Of a stretch of DNA of 32,000 bases, positions 19,980 to 31,486 are shown piece after piece; position 1 is the first letter of the stretch, and every line of letters starts with the position of its first letter. Source of the stretch: Methanothermus fervidus DSM 2088 (GTDB lineage Archaea > Methanobacteriota > Methanobacteria > DSM-2088 > Methanothermaceae); NCBI GenBank assembly GCA_000166095.1, contig CP002278.1, forward strand, positions 810,001 to 842,000, given 5' to 3'. A program made the position numbers and the translations under genes. A model generated the notes under the pieces. The model ran no database searches. It was not told where the DNA came from and worked only from the letters and a program-made list of their open reading frames with translations.

Positions 19980-20378
19980 GTGGCACGTGAATTCATGTAT
20001 CGAGGTTATAAATTAGAAGAATTACAAAAAATGCCACTTGATAAGGTAATAAAATTGTTTCCAAGCAGGCAAAGAAGATCTTTGAAAAGAGGATTTCCAC
20101 CTAGACATAAAAAAGTATTAGAGAAAATAAGAAAATATAAACGTGAGAATAAAACAGATAAAATAATTAAAACACATTGTAGAGATTTAATAATATTGCC
20201 TGAAATGGTTGGTTTGACATTTGGAGTCTACAATGGTAAAGAATTTGTAAAAGTTAAAATAAAACCTGAAATGATAGGTCATTATTTAGGTGAGTTTGCA
20301 CCTACAAGGAAGAAAGTAGAACATGGAGATCCTGGAATGGGTGCTACAAGATCTTCAATGTTTGTACCTCTCAAGTAG
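19980..20378 (+). CDS. rps19: Ribosomal protein S19 (uS19)
   Basis: [12 protein letters not shown]...[30 protein letters not shown]; GTG start. Confidence 0.98.
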   Translation: MAREFMYRGYKLEELQKMPLDKVIKLFPSRQRRSLKRGFPPRHKKVLEKIRKYKRENKTDKIIKTHCRDLIILPEMVGLTFGVYNGKEFVKVKIKPEMIGHYLGEFAPTRKKVEHGDPGMGATRSSMFVPLK

Positions 20379-20389
20379 GTGAAATTACA

Positions 20390-20851
20390 ATGCCTAAATT
20401 GAAATATGCTTACAGACCTAAAAATAAAAACAAAGCCGCAAAAGCCATAGGTAGAGAATTACAAATTTCTACAAAACATTCGGTAGAGATATGTAGAGAG
20501 ATTCGAGGGATGATGCTAGAAGATGCAAAAAGATATCTCAAGGAAGTCATGGAAAAGAAAAGACCAGTACCATTCAAAAGATATAACAAAAAAGTTGCAC
20601 ATAGAAAGGGATTACAAGGATGGCCAAGTGGAAGATACCCTGTTAAAGCTGCAAGGGAGATCCTTAAAGTATTAGAGAATGCAGAAGCCAATGCAGAATA
20701 TAAAGGTTTAGATACAGAAAGATTGAAAATTACTCATATATCAGCCCATAAAGCCAGACCTATTCGTGGCTGGATACCAAGAGCGTTTGGAAGATCAACA
20801 CCATTCAACACTTCAAGAACACATATACAAGTGATATTAGAGGAGATATAA
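20390..20851 (+). CDS. rpl22: Ribosomal protein L22 (uL22)
   Basis: [24 protein letters not shown]...[38 protein letters not shown]. Confidence 0.98.
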   Translation: MPKLKYAYRPKNKNKAAKAIGRELQISTKHSVEICREIRGMMLEDAKRYLKEVMEKKRPVPFKRYNKKVAHRKGLQGWPSGRYPVKAAREILKVLENAEANAEYKGLDTERLKITHISAHKARPIRGWIPRAFGRSTPFNTSRTHIQVILEEI

Positions 20852-21504
20852 TGATAGAAAAGGAATTTATTGCTGAAAGTCTAAAAAGAGCAGAAATCGA
20901 TGAATTTTTAGAAAAAGAATTAGAAAGAGCAGGATATGGTGGAATGGATATACAACTTACACCATTAGGAACAATGATAACAATTTATGCAGAAAGACCA
21001 GGACTTGTCATTGGTAGAGGAGGCAGAACTGTCAGAAGATTAACAAATATATTACGTAAAAGATTTGGTTTAGATAACCCACAAATAGAAGTCAAGGAAG
21101 TTGAAGTGCCAGAGTTAAATCCAAAAATAATGGCACATAGGATTGCCAGTATGTTAGAAAGAGGCATGCATTTCAGAAGAGTTGCATATGGTACATTAAG
21201 AAGAATAATGGCTGCAGGTGCACAAGGAGCTGAAATAACAATATCTGGAAAAATAAGAGGTGCAAGAGCAACATCCGTCAAATTTACCGAAGGTCATATT
21301 AAAAAATGTGGAGAACCTGCAGAAAAGTTTGTTAAAACAGGTTTTGCGACCGCACAATTAAAACCTGGGGTTTTGGGTGTGCATGTGAAAATAATGCCTC
21401 CCGGAGTTAAATTGCCTGACGAAATAAAAATCAAAAAAGAAGCCCTAAAAGAAACTGAATCTAAACCAGAAGAATCCGTTGAGGAAGGTGCTTCAGAAGA
21501 ATAA
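20851..21504 (+). CDS. rps3: Ribosomal protein S3 (uS3)
   Basis: KH domain [18 protein letters not shown]; [36 protein letters not shown]. Confidence 0.98.
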   Translation: MIEKEFIAESLKRAEIDEFLEKELERAGYGGMDIQLTPLGTMITIYAERPGLVIGRGGRTVRRLTNILRKRFGLDNPQIEVKEVEVPELNPKIMAHRIASMLERGMHFRRVAYGTLRRIMAAGAQGAEITISGKIRGARATSVKFTEGHIKKCGEPAEKFVKTGFATAQLKPGVLGVHVKIMPPGVKLPDEIKIKKEALKETESKPEESVEEGASEE

Positions 21505-21524
21505 TCTGGGAGGCAGAGAAAAAT

Positions 21525-21725
21525 ATGGCTATATTAAAACCAGATGAATTGAGAGAAATGAGTGTTAAAGAACTAGAAAAAAAGTTGGAAGAACTAAGAG
21601 CAGAATATTCTAAAGAAGAATCCAAAGCCGCAGCCAGTGGAGCTCCAGATAATCCTGGCAGAATGCGTGAACTTAGAAGAACAATAGCTCGAATACTCAC
21701 GATCATTAATGAGAAAAAAACTTGA
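21525..21725 (+). CDS. rpl29: Ribosomal protein L29 (uL29)
   Basis: LRELRRTIARILTIINEKK-type L29 signature; position between S3 and eIF1. Confidence 0.95.
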   Translation: MAILKPDELREMSVKELEKKLEELRAEYSKEESKAAASGAPDNPGRMRELRRTIARILTIINEKKT

Positions 21726-21738
21726 TAAGGAGAAGTAA

Positions 21739-22047
21739 ATGAAGAAGATTTGTGAGAAGTGCGGTCTTCCAAAAGAACTTTGTGTTTGTGAAGAAATAGC
21801 TCGAGAAACACAAAGAATTAAAATATATACTGTAAAACGCCGTTTTGGAAAGATAATGACGATTGTGGAAGGTATAGACAGTCAAGAAATAGACCTAAAG
21901 AAATTGACCAAAGATCTCAAGTCCAAATGTGCATGTGGGGGCACAACAAAAGATGGACGAATTGAACTACAGGGCGATCACAAAGAAAAAGTGAAAAAAG
22001 TGCTTATAAAGAAAGGTTTCCCAGAGGATGCCATTGAAGTACGATGA
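21739..22047 (+). CDS. sui1: Translation initiation factor aIF1 (SUI1)
   Basis: N-terminal CxxC...Cx[55 protein letters not shown]. Confidence 0.97.
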   Translation: MKKICEKCGLPKELCVCEEIARETQRIKIYTVKRRFGKIMTIVEGIDSQEIDLKKLTKDLKSKCACGGTTKDGRIELQGDHKEKVKKVLIKKGFPEDAIEVR

Positions 22048-22325
22048 TAACACCAAGAAATGTATTTAGGCATGAGTTAATAGGTTTAAATGTTAAGATT
22101 GCAAAGTGTACACATAAGCCACTAGAAGGTGTAGAAGGAAGAGTCATCGACGAAACAAAGAACACACTAAAAATTGAACTAAAAAGTGGTAGAGAGATTA
22201 TAGTACCAAAAGATATTGCAATATTTCATTTTAAATTGCCTGATGGTACTAAGGTAGAAATTGATGGGAAAATACTTGTAGCTCGGCCAGAGGAAAGAAT
22301 TAAAAAGAAATTTAAGAGAGTGTGA
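22044..22325 (+). CDS. rnp1: Ribonuclease P protein component 1 (Rpp29/Pop4)
   Basis: [37 protein letters not shown]...[23 protein letters not shown]. Confidence 0.95.
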   Translation: MITPRNVFRHELIGLNVKIAKCTHKPLEGVEGRVIDETKNTLKIELKSGREIIVPKDIAIFHFKLPDGTKVEIDGKILVARPEERIKKKFKRV

Positions 22326-22330
22326 AATAA

Positions 22331-22654
22331 ATGGTGGGTCTAGATGTAAAAAAACCTAAAAAAAAGTGTGACGATCCAAACTGTCCGTTTCATGGGAATT
22401 TAAGAGTTAGAGGTCAAATATTGGAAGGTGTAGTTGCAAGTGACAAAGCACGTCGTACAGTAGTTGTAGAAAGGGAATATTACAAGTACATTCCAAAATA
22501 TGAGAGATATGAAAGAAGAACATCGAAAATAACAGCTCATAATCCAGATTGTATAGGTGCAAAAGTTGGAGATAAGGTCAAAATAGGAGAATGTAGACCA
22601 ATAAGTAAAACGAAGTCCTTCGTTGTTATAGAAGTAATGGAGGATAAAAAATGA
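22331..22654 (+). CDS. rps17: Ribosomal protein S17 (uS17)
   Basis: [23 protein letters not shown]...[32 protein letters not shown]. Confidence 0.97.
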   Translation: MVGLDVKKPKKKCDDPNCPFHGNLRVRGQILEGVVASDKARRTVVVEREYYKYIPKYERYERRTSKITAHNPDCIGAKVGDKVKIGECRPISKTKSFVVIEVMEDKK

Positions 22655-23049
22655 AAGCAATTCCAGCAAAAGTCACTAGAGCATTGCCAGTTGGTGCTAG
22701 ACTTCATTGTGCAGATAATACTGGTGCCAAAGAACTAGAAATAATAGCTGTAAAGGGATATAAGGGTGTAAGAAGAAGATTACCAGCTGCAGGCGTTGGA
22801 GATATGGTAGTAGTTTCAGTGAAAAAAGGAACTACTGAGATGAGAAGAGAAGTTTTAAATGCAGTGATTATAAGGCAAAAAAAAGAATATAGAAGACCTG
22901 ATGGACTAAGAGTTAAATTTGAAGATAATGCAGCAGTTATAGTCACTCCTGATGGTAAAATGAGAGGATCTGAGATAAGAGGCCCAGTTGCAAAAGAAGC
23001 TGCTTCAAGATGGCCAAACATTGGGAGTGCCGCAAGTATGATTGTATGA
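22651..23049 (+). CDS. rpl14: Ribosomal protein L14 (uL14)
   Basis: [25 protein letters not shown]...[27 protein letters not shown]. Confidence 0.98.
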   Translation: MKAIPAKVTRALPVGARLHCADNTGAKELEIIAVKGYKGVRRRLPAAGVGDMVVVSVKKGTTEMRREVLNAVIIRQKKEYRRPDGLRVKFEDNAAVIVTPDGKMRGSEIRGPVAKEAASRWPNIGSAASMIV

Positions 23050-23058
23050 GGTGAAAAA

Positions 23059-23430
23059 ATGCCTAAAATAAAATCTAAACAACCAAGAAAACAAAGAAAA
23101 TTTCTTAGGGAAGCACCACTACATATACGTCAGAAAATAATGCGTTCAACATTGTCTAAGGAGTTAAGAAAGAAATATAAAAGAAGAACTGTTCCAATAA
23201 GGAGAGGAGATAAAGTAGAAGTCATGCGTGGAGATTTCAAAGGACATGTTGGTAAAGTTGAGAATGTAGATTTAAAGAGATATAGAGTTTATGTAGAAGG
23301 TGTTACAATACAGAAAGCAGATGGAACATCTACTTACTATCCTCTCCATCCATCAAATCTTAGAATAGTTGAATTAAATTTAAAAGATGAAAAAAGGGTT
23401 GAAATGTTAGAAAGAAAATTGAAGGGATAA
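23059..23430 (+). CDS. rpl24: Ribosomal protein L24 (uL24)
   Basis: [45 protein letters not shown]. Confidence 0.97.
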   Translation: MPKIKSKQPRKQRKFLREAPLHIRQKIMRSTLSKELRKKYKRRTVPIRRGDKVEVMRGDFKGHVGKVENVDLKRYRVYVEGVTIQKADGTSTYYPLHPSNLRIVELNLKDEKRVEMLERKLKG

Positions 23431-23432
23431 AC

Positions 23433-24155
23433 ATGGCTAGGATGGGATCAAGAAGACACCTAAAACGATTAAAATCGCCAAGACATTGGCCAATACCTAG
23501 AAAGGAAAAAAAATGGACTGTAAAACCTTCCCCTGGTCCTCACAGTGCTGATGAATCTTTACCATTGTTAATAATAATTAGGGATGTATTGGGTTTAGCA
23601 GACACTGCTAGAGAGGCAAAAAGGATAATTCACCATGGAGAAATACTGGTTGATGGTAGACCAAGAAAAGATCATAAGTTCCCCGTTGGATTTATGGATC
23701 TCTTAGAAATTCCAAAAATTGATAAAAGTTATAGAGTTTTAATAGATAAAAAAGGTAGATTGTATTTACATGAAACTAAAGAAGAAGAAAGATACAAATT
23801 ATGTAAAATACTTAATAAAACTACTGTAAAAGGTGGAAAAATTCAATTAAATTTACATGATGGTAGAAATCACCTAGTTGATAATGATTTCAAAACTGGA
23901 GATGTTATTAAATTAAGAATACCTGATCAAGAAATATTGGATAAAATAGAATTTAAAGAAGGAAATCTTGCATTTATAACTGGTGGAAAACACGTTGGTG
24001 AAATAGCAAGAGTAGAAAAAATAAACATCATTAAAGCTCCAACACCTAACACTGTAATATTAAAATCTAGAGACGGAAAAATGTTTGAAACAATACATGA
24101 ATATGTTTTCATGATTGGAGAAAAAGAACCAGTGATTCCATTGCCGGAGGGTTAA
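23433..24155 (+). CDS. rps4e: Ribosomal protein S4e (eS4)
   Basis: [41 protein letters not shown]. Confidence 0.98.
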   Translation: MARMGSRRHLKRLKSPRHWPIPRKEKKWTVKPSPGPHSADESLPLLIIIRDVLGLADTAREAKRIIHHGEILVDGRPRKDHKFPVGFMDLLEIPKIDKSYRVLIDKKGRLYLHETKEEERYKLCKILNKTTVKGGKIQLNLHDGRNHLVDNDFKTGDVIKLRIPDQEILDKIEFKEGNLAFITGGKHVGEIARVEKINIIKAPTPNTVILKSRDGKMFETIHEYVFMIGEKEPVIPLPEG

Positions 24156-24157
24156 CG

Positions 24158-24670
24158 ATGAATCCAATGAGAAAAATAAGAATAGAAAAAGCAACATTAA
24201 ACATTAGTGTTGGAGAGAGTGGAGAAAGATTATTAAAGGCAGAAAAATTATTAGAGAAGCTTACTGGACAAAAACCAGCTAGAACATATGCCAAGGTAAC
24301 CAACCCAGATTTTGGAATCAGGAAAGGTCAACCCATTGGTTGCAAAGTAACTTTAAGAGGTAAAAAAGCAGAAAAAATAATTAAAATGTTTTTAGAAGCG
24401 AAAGGAAATAAACTCAAAAAGAGTCAATTTGACGACTTAGGTAATGTGTCTATGGGAATAGAGGAATACATAGATTTACCAGGCATGAAGTATGATCCTG
24501 ATATAGGGATATTTGGCATGGATTTAGCAATAACATTTGAAAGGCCAGGATATAGAATCCAGAGAAGAAAAATTCAGAGAAGAAAAGTGCCAAAGAAACA
24601 TAAAATTACTAGAGAAGATACAATGAAGTTTTTAGAAGATAAATTTAATGTAAAAATAGAGGAGGGATAA
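24158..24670 (+). CDS. rpl5: Ribosomal protein L5 (uL5)
   Basis: [57 protein letters not shown]. Confidence 0.97.
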   Translation: MNPMRKIRIEKATLNISVGESGERLLKAEKLLEKLTGQKPARTYAKVTNPDFGIRKGQPIGCKVTLRGKKAEKIIKMFLEAKGNKLKKSQFDDLGNVSMGIEEYIDLPGMKYDPDIGIFGMDLAITFERPGYRIQRRKIQRRKVPKKHKITREDTMKFLEDKFNVKIEEG

Positions 24671-24674
24671 ATCA

Positions 24675-24821
24675 ATGCCAAGAAAAAAATTTGGAAAGGG
24701 AGCTATCAAATGTTCAAGATGCGGAGACCATGCAGGAGTAATAAGAAAATATGGTATAATGTTATGTAGACAATGTTTCCGTGAATTAGCACCAAAGATG
24801 GGATTCAAGAAATATAGTTGA
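24675..24821 (+). CDS. rps14: Ribosomal protein S14 (uS14, zinc-binding type)
   Basis: Hand translation: [48 protein letters not shown] (48 aa). Below the ORF-track size cutoff; CxxC...CxxC zinc site; expected position between L5 and S8. Confidence 0.96.
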   Translation: MPRKKFGKGAIKCSRCGDHAGVIRKYGIMLCRQCFRELAPKMGFKKYS

Positions 24822-24830
24822 GGTTATACT

Positions 24831-25223
24831 ATGACTCTCAATGATCCACTTGCAAATGCACTTACAACTATAAAAAATAATGAAATGAGAGGCAATATAC
24901 GATGTAAAATAGCCCCAGCATCTAAATTGGTAGGAAGAGTATTGAGAACTATGCAAAAAGAGGGATATATAGGTGAATTTGAATTTGTCGATGATGGTAA
25001 ATCAGGACAATTTATAGTGGAGTTAAAAGGTAACATTAACGATTGTGGTGTTATAAAACCACGGCATTCTGTAAAGAAAGATGAGTTTGAAAAATTTGAA
25101 AAAAGATATCTTCCAGCACGAGATTTTGGAATACTCATTGTAACCACGCCTGAAGGAGTAATGACACACCGTGAAGCAAAAAAGAGAGGCATTGGCGGCA
25201 TACTCTTAGCTTATGTTTACTAG
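24831..25223 (+). CDS. rps8: Ribosomal protein S8 (uS8)
   Basis: [21 protein letters not shown]...[36 protein letters not shown]. Confidence 0.98.
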   Translation: MTLNDPLANALTTIKNNEMRGNIRCKIAPASKLVGRVLRTMQKEGYIGEFEFVDDGKSGQFIVELKGNINDCGVIKPRHSVKKDEFEKFEKRYLPARDFGILIVTTPEGVMTHREAKKRGIGGILLAYVY

Positions 25224-25232
25224 GGTGATTTT

Positions 25233-25772
25233 ATGGTCTTAACTGCAATAATCAAAGATGAAATTCAAATACCAGATGAAGTAGATGTTAAGATAGATGA
25301 TCATAAAGTTAAAGTAAAAGGTCCTAAAGGTGAATTATCAAGAAAATTTGATTATCCTAATGTCAAAATTATAAAGAAAGATGAAAAAATAATTTTAGAA
25401 AGTAGATTTCCAAGAAAAAAAGATAAAGCAATGTTAGGGACCATTAAAGCACATATTAAAAACATGATAAAAGGTGTAACCAAAGGTTTTAAATATACTA
25501 TGAAAATTGTTTATGCTCATTTTCCAATGTCTGTAAAAGTTTCAGGCAGGAAAGTCATAATTGAAAATTTTCTTGGTGAAAGGCATCCAAGAGTCGCTAA
25601 AATTGTTGGTAAAGATACTAAAGTAGAAGTAAAAGATGACAAAGTCTACATTACAGGAATAAACAAAGAACATGTTGGACAGACGATGGCTAACATAGAA
25701 CAAGCAACGAAAATAAAAAGAAGGGATCCACGAGTGTTCCAAGATGGAATATATCTTGTAAGTAAAGAATAG
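25233..25772 (+). CDS. rpl6: Ribosomal protein L6 (uL6)
   Basis: VKVKGPKGELSRKF...GFKYTMKIVYAHFPMSVKV...NFLGERHPRVAKIVG. Confidence 0.97.
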   Translation: MVLTAIIKDEIQIPDEVDVKIDDHKVKVKGPKGELSRKFDYPNVKIIKKDEKIILESRFPRKKDKAMLGTIKAHIKNMIKGVTKGFKYTMKIVYAHFPMSVKVSGRKVIIENFLGERHPRVAKIVGKDTKVEVKDDKVYITGINKEHVGQTMANIEQATKIKRRDPRVFQDGIYLVSKE

Positions 25773-25790
25773 TGTTAAGGGGTCATAAAA

Positions 25791-26117
25791 ATGAAAAAAA
25801 GATTCAAGAGGCAAGAGTATGCAAGATATAAGAGGTTAGGAGAAAAATGGAGAAGACCTCGGGGAAAAGATAGTAAAATGAGAAGGAAAGAGAAAGGTAA
25901 ACCACCAATGCCTAACATAGGTTACAGGTCACCTAAAGAAACTAGAGGTTTACATCCATCAGGATACGAAGAAGTATTAATACATAATCCAAAAGAACTT
26001 GAAGATTTAGATGCTGAAAAACAGGCTGCAAGAATTTCTGCAAAGGTTGGTAAAAGAAAAAAAGCTTTAATTTTAGAAAAGGCTAAAGAACTTGGAATTA
26101 AGGTGTTAAACCCTTAA
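25791..26117 (+). CDS. rpl32e: Ribosomal protein L32e (eL32)
   Basis: [53 protein letters not shown]. Confidence 0.97.
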   Translation: MKKRFKRQEYARYKRLGEKWRRPRGKDSKMRRKEKGKPPMPNIGYRSPKETRGLHPSGYEEVLIHNPKELEDLDAEKQAARISAKVGKRKKALILEKAKELGIKVLNP

Positions 26118-26132
26118 TAGGGAGGAAAAGTT

Positions 26133-26582
26133 ATGGATCTTAGTACTCAAAAGAGATTAGCCGCAGATATTCTCAAAGTTGGAGTAAACCGTGTATGGAT
26201 AGATCCAGACAGAGTAGACGAAGTTGCTAGAGCTATAACTAGAGAAAGCATTAAAAAATTAATCAAAGAAGGTGCAATAAAAGCTAAACAAAAAAAAGGT
26301 ATAAGTAGATATAGGGCAAGAAAAATCGCAATGCAGAAGAAAAAAGGTAGAAGAAGAGGAAAAGGTAGTATAAAAGGTGCTAAAGGAGCCAGAATGCCTA
26401 AAAAAAGAGCATGGATATCCAGAATACGTGCATTAAGGAGAACTTTAAAAGAATTACGAGATAAAAGGAAAATTAGCACAAAAACATATCGTAAAATTTA
26501 TAGAATGGCCAAAGGCGGAATGTTTAGAAGTAAAGCTCATATGAATGCATATATTAAAGAACATGGGTTATTAAGAAGATAA
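26133..26582 (+). CDS. rpl19e: Ribosomal protein L19e (eL19)
   Basis: [42 protein letters not shown]...[16 protein letters not shown]. Confidence 0.97.
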   Translation: MDLSTQKRLAADILKVGVNRVWIDPDRVDEVARAITRESIKKLIKEGAIKAKQKKGISRYRARKIAMQKKKGRRRGKGSIKGAKGARMPKKRAWISRIRALRRTLKELRDKRKISTKTYRKIYRMAKGGMFRSKAHMNAYIKEHGLLRR

Positions 26583-26592
26583 TGGAGGAGAA

Positions 26593-27177
26593 GTGATGGC
26601 ACACGGGCCAAGATACAGAGTACCATTCAGAAGGAAAAGAGAAGGTAAGACAAATTATAGGACTAGAATGAAATTAATAGAGAGTGGCAAACCAAGGTTT
26701 GTTGTTAGAATTACAAATCAGCATGTTATAGCGCAAGTTATAGATGTAGATTTTGATGGTGATAAAACATTAGTGTCTGCACATTCTAAACAACTTCAAA
26801 AAATGGGTTGGCTTGGTAATACCAAAAACACTCCTGCAGCATATTTAACAGGGTTTTTATGTGGTAAACGAGCCGTAAAAAAAGGAATCAAAGAAGCTGT
26901 TTTAGACATTGGACTTAGAACACCGACAAAAGGTGCAAAGGTTTTTGCAGCACTTAAAGGTGCAGTGGATGCAGGCATGAATATTCCACATAGCGAACAT
27001 ATATTTCCAACTGAAGATAGAATAAAAGGAGAACATATAGCAAAATACGCAAAATTGCTGGATGAAGAAGAATGTAAAAGGAAGTTTTCTCATTACTTCA
27101 AAAGAGGTCTTCCACCTACGAAATTACCAGAGCATTTTACGGAAATCAAGAAAAAAATAATTGAGGCAGAAACATGA
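26593..27177 (+). CDS. rpl18: Ribosomal protein L18 (uL18)
   Basis: [46 protein letters not shown]...[13 protein letters not shown]. Confidence 0.97.
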   Translation: MMAHGPRYRVPFRRKREGKTNYRTRMKLIESGKPRFVVRITNQHVIAQVIDVDFDGDKTLVSAHSKQLQKMGWLGNTKNTPAAYLTGFLCGKRAVKKGIKEAVLDIGLRTPTKGAKVFAALKGAVDAGMNIPHSEHIFPTEDRIKGEHIAKYAKLLDEEECKRKFSHYFKRGLPPTKLPEHFTEIKKKIIEAET

Positions 27178-27803
27178 GTGTAGATATAGAAGAATGGGAG
27201 CCAAAAACAAAAGTAGGTAGGATGGTTAAAGAAGGCGTAATAACAGATATAGATGAAATTTTGAAAAAAGGACTTCCTATAATGGAGCATGAAATTGTAG
27301 ATATTTTACTTCCTGATTTGGAAGAAGAAGTTTTAGATGTAAATTTAGTACAGAGAATGCATAAATCAGGTAGAAAAGTAAGATTTAGAGTCACAGTAGC
27401 TGTTGGAAATAAAGATGGATATGTTGGCGTTGGTGTGGGAAAAGCCAAAGAAGTTGGACCAGCAATTAGAAAAGCAATAGACAATGCTAAATACAACATA
27501 ATAAAAGTTAGAAGAGGTTGTGGAGATTGGGGATGCATCTGTGGGGAAAAACACTCAATACCATTTAAAGTAACAGGTAAATGTGGAAGTGTTAGAGTTA
27601 CTCTTTTACCTGCACCTAGGGGTGTAGGTTTAGCAATTGGAGATGTAGGAAAAGCAGTTTTAAGGTTAGCTGGTATTGAGGATGTATGGTCAAGAACAAA
27701 AGGTAAAACTCAAACAACTATTAATTTTGCTAAAGCAACTTTTGATGCTTTGAAACGATTAAATTACATGAAAGTCAAAGAAAGTACACCGAGCTCTCAG
27801 TAG
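27174..27803 (+). CDS. rps5: Ribosomal protein S5 (uS5)
   Basis: [58 protein letters not shown]. Confidence 0.98.
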   Translation: MSVDIEEWEPKTKVGRMVKEGVITDIDEILKKGLPIMEHEIVDILLPDLEEEVLDVNLVQRMHKSGRKVRFRVTVAVGNKDGYVGVGVGKAKEVGPAIRKAIDNAKYNIIKVRRGCGDWGCICGEKHSIPFKVTGKCGSVRVTLLPAPRGVGLAIGDVGKAVLRLAGIEDVWSRTKGKTQTTINFAKATFDALKRLNYMKVKESTPSSQ

Positions 27804-28268
27804 GTGAAAATAATGTATGCAGTTGTTAGAGTAAGGGGAAGAGTAGGTGTTAGAAGAGACATAGCAGATACTCTTAAGATGCTTAGACTTCACAGAGTAA
27901 ATCATGCTGTACTTGTCGATGAGACTCCAAGTTATGAAGGAATGTTACAAAAAGCAAAAGATTACATTACATGGGGAGAAATAGACTTAGATACACTTGT
28001 TGAATTAATTAAAAAACGGGGTAGATTACCAGGAAACAAAAGAGTTGACGAGGAATATTTCAAAGAACTTGGTTATTCTTCTATAAAAGAATTTGCAAAA
28101 GCATTGCTTAACAATGAAACTTCTCTAGAAGATGCAGGGCTAAAACCAGTATTTAGGTTACATCCTCCAAGAAAAGGTTATGAAAGTGTAAAAAAACCAT
28201 TTTCAGAAGGCGGAAGCTTAGGTTATCGTGGAAAAAAAATAAATGAATTATTAAAAAGAATGATTTAG
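27804..28268 (+). CDS. rpl30: Ribosomal protein L30 (uL30, archaeal)
   Basis: [57 protein letters not shown]. Confidence 0.97.
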   Translation: MKIMYAVVRVRGRVGVRRDIADTLKMLRLHRVNHAVLVDETPSYEGMLQKAKDYITWGEIDLDTLVELIKKRGRLPGNKRVDEEYFKELGYSSIKEFAKALLNNETSLEDAGLKPVFRLHPPRKGYESVKKPFSEGGSLGYRGKKINELLKRMI

Positions 28269-28278
28269 GAGGGAAAAA

Positions 28279-28710
28279 ATGATACGAAAACGACGAAAAA
28301 TTACGAGGATGAGAGGAACAAGGACTGTCGGTGGTGGCAGTGCAAAAAAAAGAAGAGGTGCAGGAAATCGTGGTGGAAGGGGAATGGCCGGAAGCCACAA
28401 GCATCTCTGGACATGGATTGTCAAATATAAGCCAGATCATTTTGGTAAAAGAGGATTTAAGCGTCCAAAAGCAGTTACAAGAGAAGTAAAAAGTATAAAT
28501 TTAAAAGAAATTGATGAAAAATTAGATGAATTGTTAGAAAAAAATTTAGCAGAAGAAAAGAATGGAATGATATATATTGATTTGGAAAAATTAGGATATG
28601 ATAAGTTGTTAGGTGCTGGTCAAATATCAAGGCCTATATCAGTTAAATCACCAGAAATTTCAAAAAAAGCTAAAGAAAAAATAATAGAGGCTGGTGGAGA
28701 AATTAGATAG
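28279..28710 (+). CDS. rpl15: Ribosomal protein L15 (uL15)
   Basis: RKITRMRGTRTVGGGSAKKRRGAGNRGGRGMAGSHKH. Confidence 0.97.
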   Translation: MIRKRRKITRMRGTRTVGGGSAKKRRGAGNRGGRGMAGSHKHLWTWIVKYKPDHFGKRGFKRPKAVTREVKSINLKEIDEKLDELLEKNLAEEKNGMIYIDLEKLGYDKLLGAGQISRPISVKSPEISKKAKEKIIEAGGEIR

Positions 28711-28720
28711 GTGAAATGAA

Positions 28721-30094
28721 TTGCAAGAAGTTTCTAAATTAAAAAGAAGTTTTGAACCAATATTTTCTATATTACCTTATGTAAAGGCGCCTGCATACAG
28801 AGTTCCACTTAAAGAAAAATTAAAATGGACAGGAATAGTTTTAATATTATATTACTTACTTACACAAATACCTCTTTATGGTCTTAGCCCTACTGCTGTT
28901 GACCAATTTGCACAATTAAGAGCTGTTATAGCCGGTAGTTATGGATCAATATTAACTTTAGGTATTGGACCAATTGTGACAGCTTCAATAGTATTGCAAC
29001 TACTAGTAGGTGGAAAAATTTTAAGGTTAGATTTGTCTAGACATGAAGATAGAGCATTTTTCCAAAGTTTCCAAAAACTTTTATCGATAATTTTTGTTGT
29101 ATTGGAAGGAAGTGCACTGATAGTAAGCGGTGCCCTTCCACCAATCTCACAAGCCTTTGCACCAATTTTACTCCTTCAAATTGTAATAGGAGGAATTTTA
29201 GTAATTTATCTTGATGAAGTTGTATCCAAATGGGGACTTGGAAGCGGGGTTGGACTTTTCATAGCTGCAGGAGTTTCACAAGCAATAATTGTAGGAGCAT
29301 TTAATCCATTTCCATCCCCTGCACAACCAGGAGTCCCTGCTGGTAGAATAACAGGGTTTATATATCTTCTAGCAACAGGACAAATGCCAGATTTCCAAAC
29401 ATATCTATTGCCAGTTATATCATTGATATTTGTATTTTTAGTTGTTGTGTATGCAGAAAGTATGCGTGTAGAAATTCCAATAGCACATGGTGGTGGAAAA
29501 TATCTTAAAGTTCCAATTCAAAAATATCCAATCAAATTTTTATACCCAAGTAACATGCCTGTAATTCTCACAAGTGCACTTCTTGTCAATCTTCAAATGA
29601 TTGCAATGATGTTCCAAAAGATTGGTCATCCAATACTTGGCATTGTTGAAAGAGGCAGGCCAATAAGTGGTTTAGTTTATTATTTAAGCCCGCCACGTGG
29701 AATAGATGTATTATTGGTAGATCCCGCCCATGCATTGATTTATGGAATTGTATTTATATCTCTTTGTATTGTTTTTGCATGGTTCTGGGTAGAAGTGGCA
29801 AATTTAGGTCCTAGAGATCTTGCAGATCAGTTATATAAAATGGGTATTAAAATACCAGGGTTTAGGGGAAGCAAAAGACATATCGAAAGAATATTGAATA
29901 GATACATCCCACCATTAACAATCCTTGGAGGAGCATTTGTAGGATTCCTAGCTTTTGGAGCAGATCTAACAGGGTCCTTAGGTGGAGGCACTGGTGTATT
30001 ATTAACTGTCGGAATACTACATAATCTATACGAAGAAATAGCACGAGAACAAATGATGGAATTACATCCAGCATTAAGAAGATTTTTCAAATGA
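28721..30094 (+). CDS. secY: Preprotein translocase subunit SecY (Sec61 alpha)
   Basis: 457 aa, TTG start; YYLLTQIPLYGLSP, DEVVSKWGLGSGVGLFIAAGVSQ, YVESMRVEIPIAHG-like loop, YPSNMPVIL. Confidence 0.98.
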   Translation: MQEVSKLKRSFEPIFSILPYVKAPAYRVPLKEKLKWTGIVLILYYLLTQIPLYGLSPTAVDQFAQLRAVIAGSYGSILTLGIGPIVTASIVLQLLVGGKILRLDLSRHEDRAFFQSFQKLLSIIFVVLEGSALIVSGALPPISQAFAPILLLQIVIGGILVIYLDEVVSKWGLGSGVGLFIAAGVSQAIIVGAFNPFPSPAQPGVPAGRITGFIYLLATGQMPDFQTYLLPVISLIFVFLVVVYAESMRVEIPIAHGGGKYLKVPIQKYPIKFLYPSNMPVILTSALLVNLQMIAMMFQKIGHPILGIVERGRPISGLVYYLSPPRGIDVLLVDPAHALIYGIVFISLCIVFAWFWVEVANLGPRDLADQLYKMGIKIPGFRGSKRHIERILNRYIPPLTILGGAFVGFLAFGADLTGSLGGGTGVLLTVGILHNLYEEIAREQMMELHPALRRFFK

Positions 30095-30104
30095 GGAAGA
30101 TAAC

Positions 30105-30674
30105 ATGAAAACTGTGGTAATAACTGGAGTACCAGGTTCTGGAACTACAACCGTATTAAAAAACGCATTAAAAAATCTGAATTACGTAAATGTTAATTAT
30201 GGTGACGTAATGTTAGAAATTGCAAAGGAAAAGAAACTAGTCGAAGATAGAGATCAAATAAGAAAATTACCATCGGATATACAAAGAGAAATCCAAAAAG
30301 AGGCTGCAAGAAAAATTAGAAAGATTGCAGAAAAAGAAAATGTTATTGTAGATACTCACTGTACAATAAAAACACCAACAGGATTTCTTCCAGGGCTTCC
30401 TAAATGGGTATTAGATGAATTAAATCCACAATTATTTATATTGGTTGAGGCAGACCCAGAAGAAATATTAGTTAGACGCATAAATGATAAATCAAGATCC
30501 AGAGACATGGAAAAGATAAATGAAATAAAGCTCCACCAAGAGATGAACAGAGCAGCTGCAATGGCTTATGCTGTGTTAACAGGTGCAAGTGTAAAAATAA
30601 TAGAAAACCATGATGAAAAATTAGATGAAGCTGTTAATGAACTTGTTAATATATTAGAAGGTGTGAAACAATGA
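30105..30674 (+). CDS. adkA: Archaeal-type adenylate kinase
   Basis: MKTVVITGVPGSGTTTVLKNAL; VNYGDVMLEIAKE; ENVIVDTHCTIKTPTGFLPGLPKWVLDELNP. Confidence 0.95.
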   Translation: MKTVVITGVPGSGTTTVLKNALKNLNYVNVNYGDVMLEIAKEKKLVEDRDQIRKLPSDIQREIQKEAARKIRKIAEKENVIVDTHCTIKTPTGFLPGLPKWVLDELNPQLFILVEADPEEILVRRINDKSRSRDMEKINEIKLHQEMNRAAAMAYAVLTGASVKIIENHDEKLDEAVNELVNILEGVKQ

Positions 30675-31201
30675 CAATTTTTTTAAATCCGGTTGCTTTA
30701 GATCCTAATCCAAATAATCCACTCTTCACAATATTTTTAATATCAATTTTTGTAGCTTTTATAAGTACTTTAGCTAGTAAAATATTAATAGACCATGAAA
30801 AATTAGAAAAACATAAAAAAGAAATAGAAAAGTTTCAAAAAGAATTAAAGAAAATAAGTTCATCATCCGACCCCGAAGCGATGAGAAAATTACAAGAAAA
30901 ACAAATAGAATTTTTTGACAAACAAAAAGAAATAATGATAATGTCATTCAAACCATTATTAGTAACTTTCATTCCAATACTTCTTGTATTTTATTGGATG
31001 GCACGTGATCCACATATATCAAAGACTGTAGTAATACTACCAAAAGTTGCCTATTATTTATTACTTGTGCCACTTTGGCACATGTTATATCCACCACATC
31101 ATCCTTTACCACCTTACTCAATAGGATGGTTAGGTTGGTATATACTCTGTACCCTTACATTGTCACAAATATTCAGAAAACTTATGGGAGTAAAAGCATA
31201 A
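30671..31201 (+). CDS. EMC3/TMCO1 family (DUF106) YidC/Oxa1-like membrane insertase
   Basis: 176 aa; N-terminal TM, charged coiled-coil (DHEKLEKHKKEIEKFQKELKKISSS...EIMIMSFKPLLVTFIPILLVFYWM), C-terminal TMs; located between adkA and L34e as in other archaea. Confidence 0.9.
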   Translation: MTIFLNPVALDPNPNNPLFTIFLISIFVAFISTLASKILIDHEKLEKHKKEIEKFQKELKKISSSSDPEAMRKLQEKQIEFFDKQKEIMIMSFKPLLVTFIPILLVFYWMARDPHISKTVVILPKVAYYLLLVPLWHMLYPPHHPLPPYSIGWLGWYILCTLTLSQIFRKLMGVKA

Positions 31202-31216
31202 TAAGAGGTGTTATGT

Positions 31217-31486
31217 ATGCCACAACCAAGATATAGATCCAGATCATACCGAAAAGTTTTCAAAAGGACACCTGGTGGAAGAACTGTAGTACATTATGAA
31301 AAAAGGAAACCAAACCCTGCCAGATGTGCTGGCTGTGGGAAAGTACTTCATGGAGTACCTAGAGAGAGACCATATAGAATTAGAAAATTATCAAAAACAA
31401 AAAGACGGCCAAATAGACCATATGGTGGTTATTATTGCTCAGAATGCATGAGGAAAGTCTTTAAAAAAGAGGCTAGATCAATATGA
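31217..31486 (+). CDS. rpl34e: Ribosomal protein L34e (eL34)
   Basis: [79 protein letters not shown]. The track start is GTG at 31208; ATG at 31217 is preferred because the GTG lies within the AGAGGTG Shine-Dalgarno. Confidence 0.97.
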   Translation: MPQPRYRSRSYRKVFKRTPGGRTVVHYEKRKPNPARCAGCGKVLHGVPRERPYRIRKLSKTKRRPNRPYGGYYCSECMRKVFKKEARSI

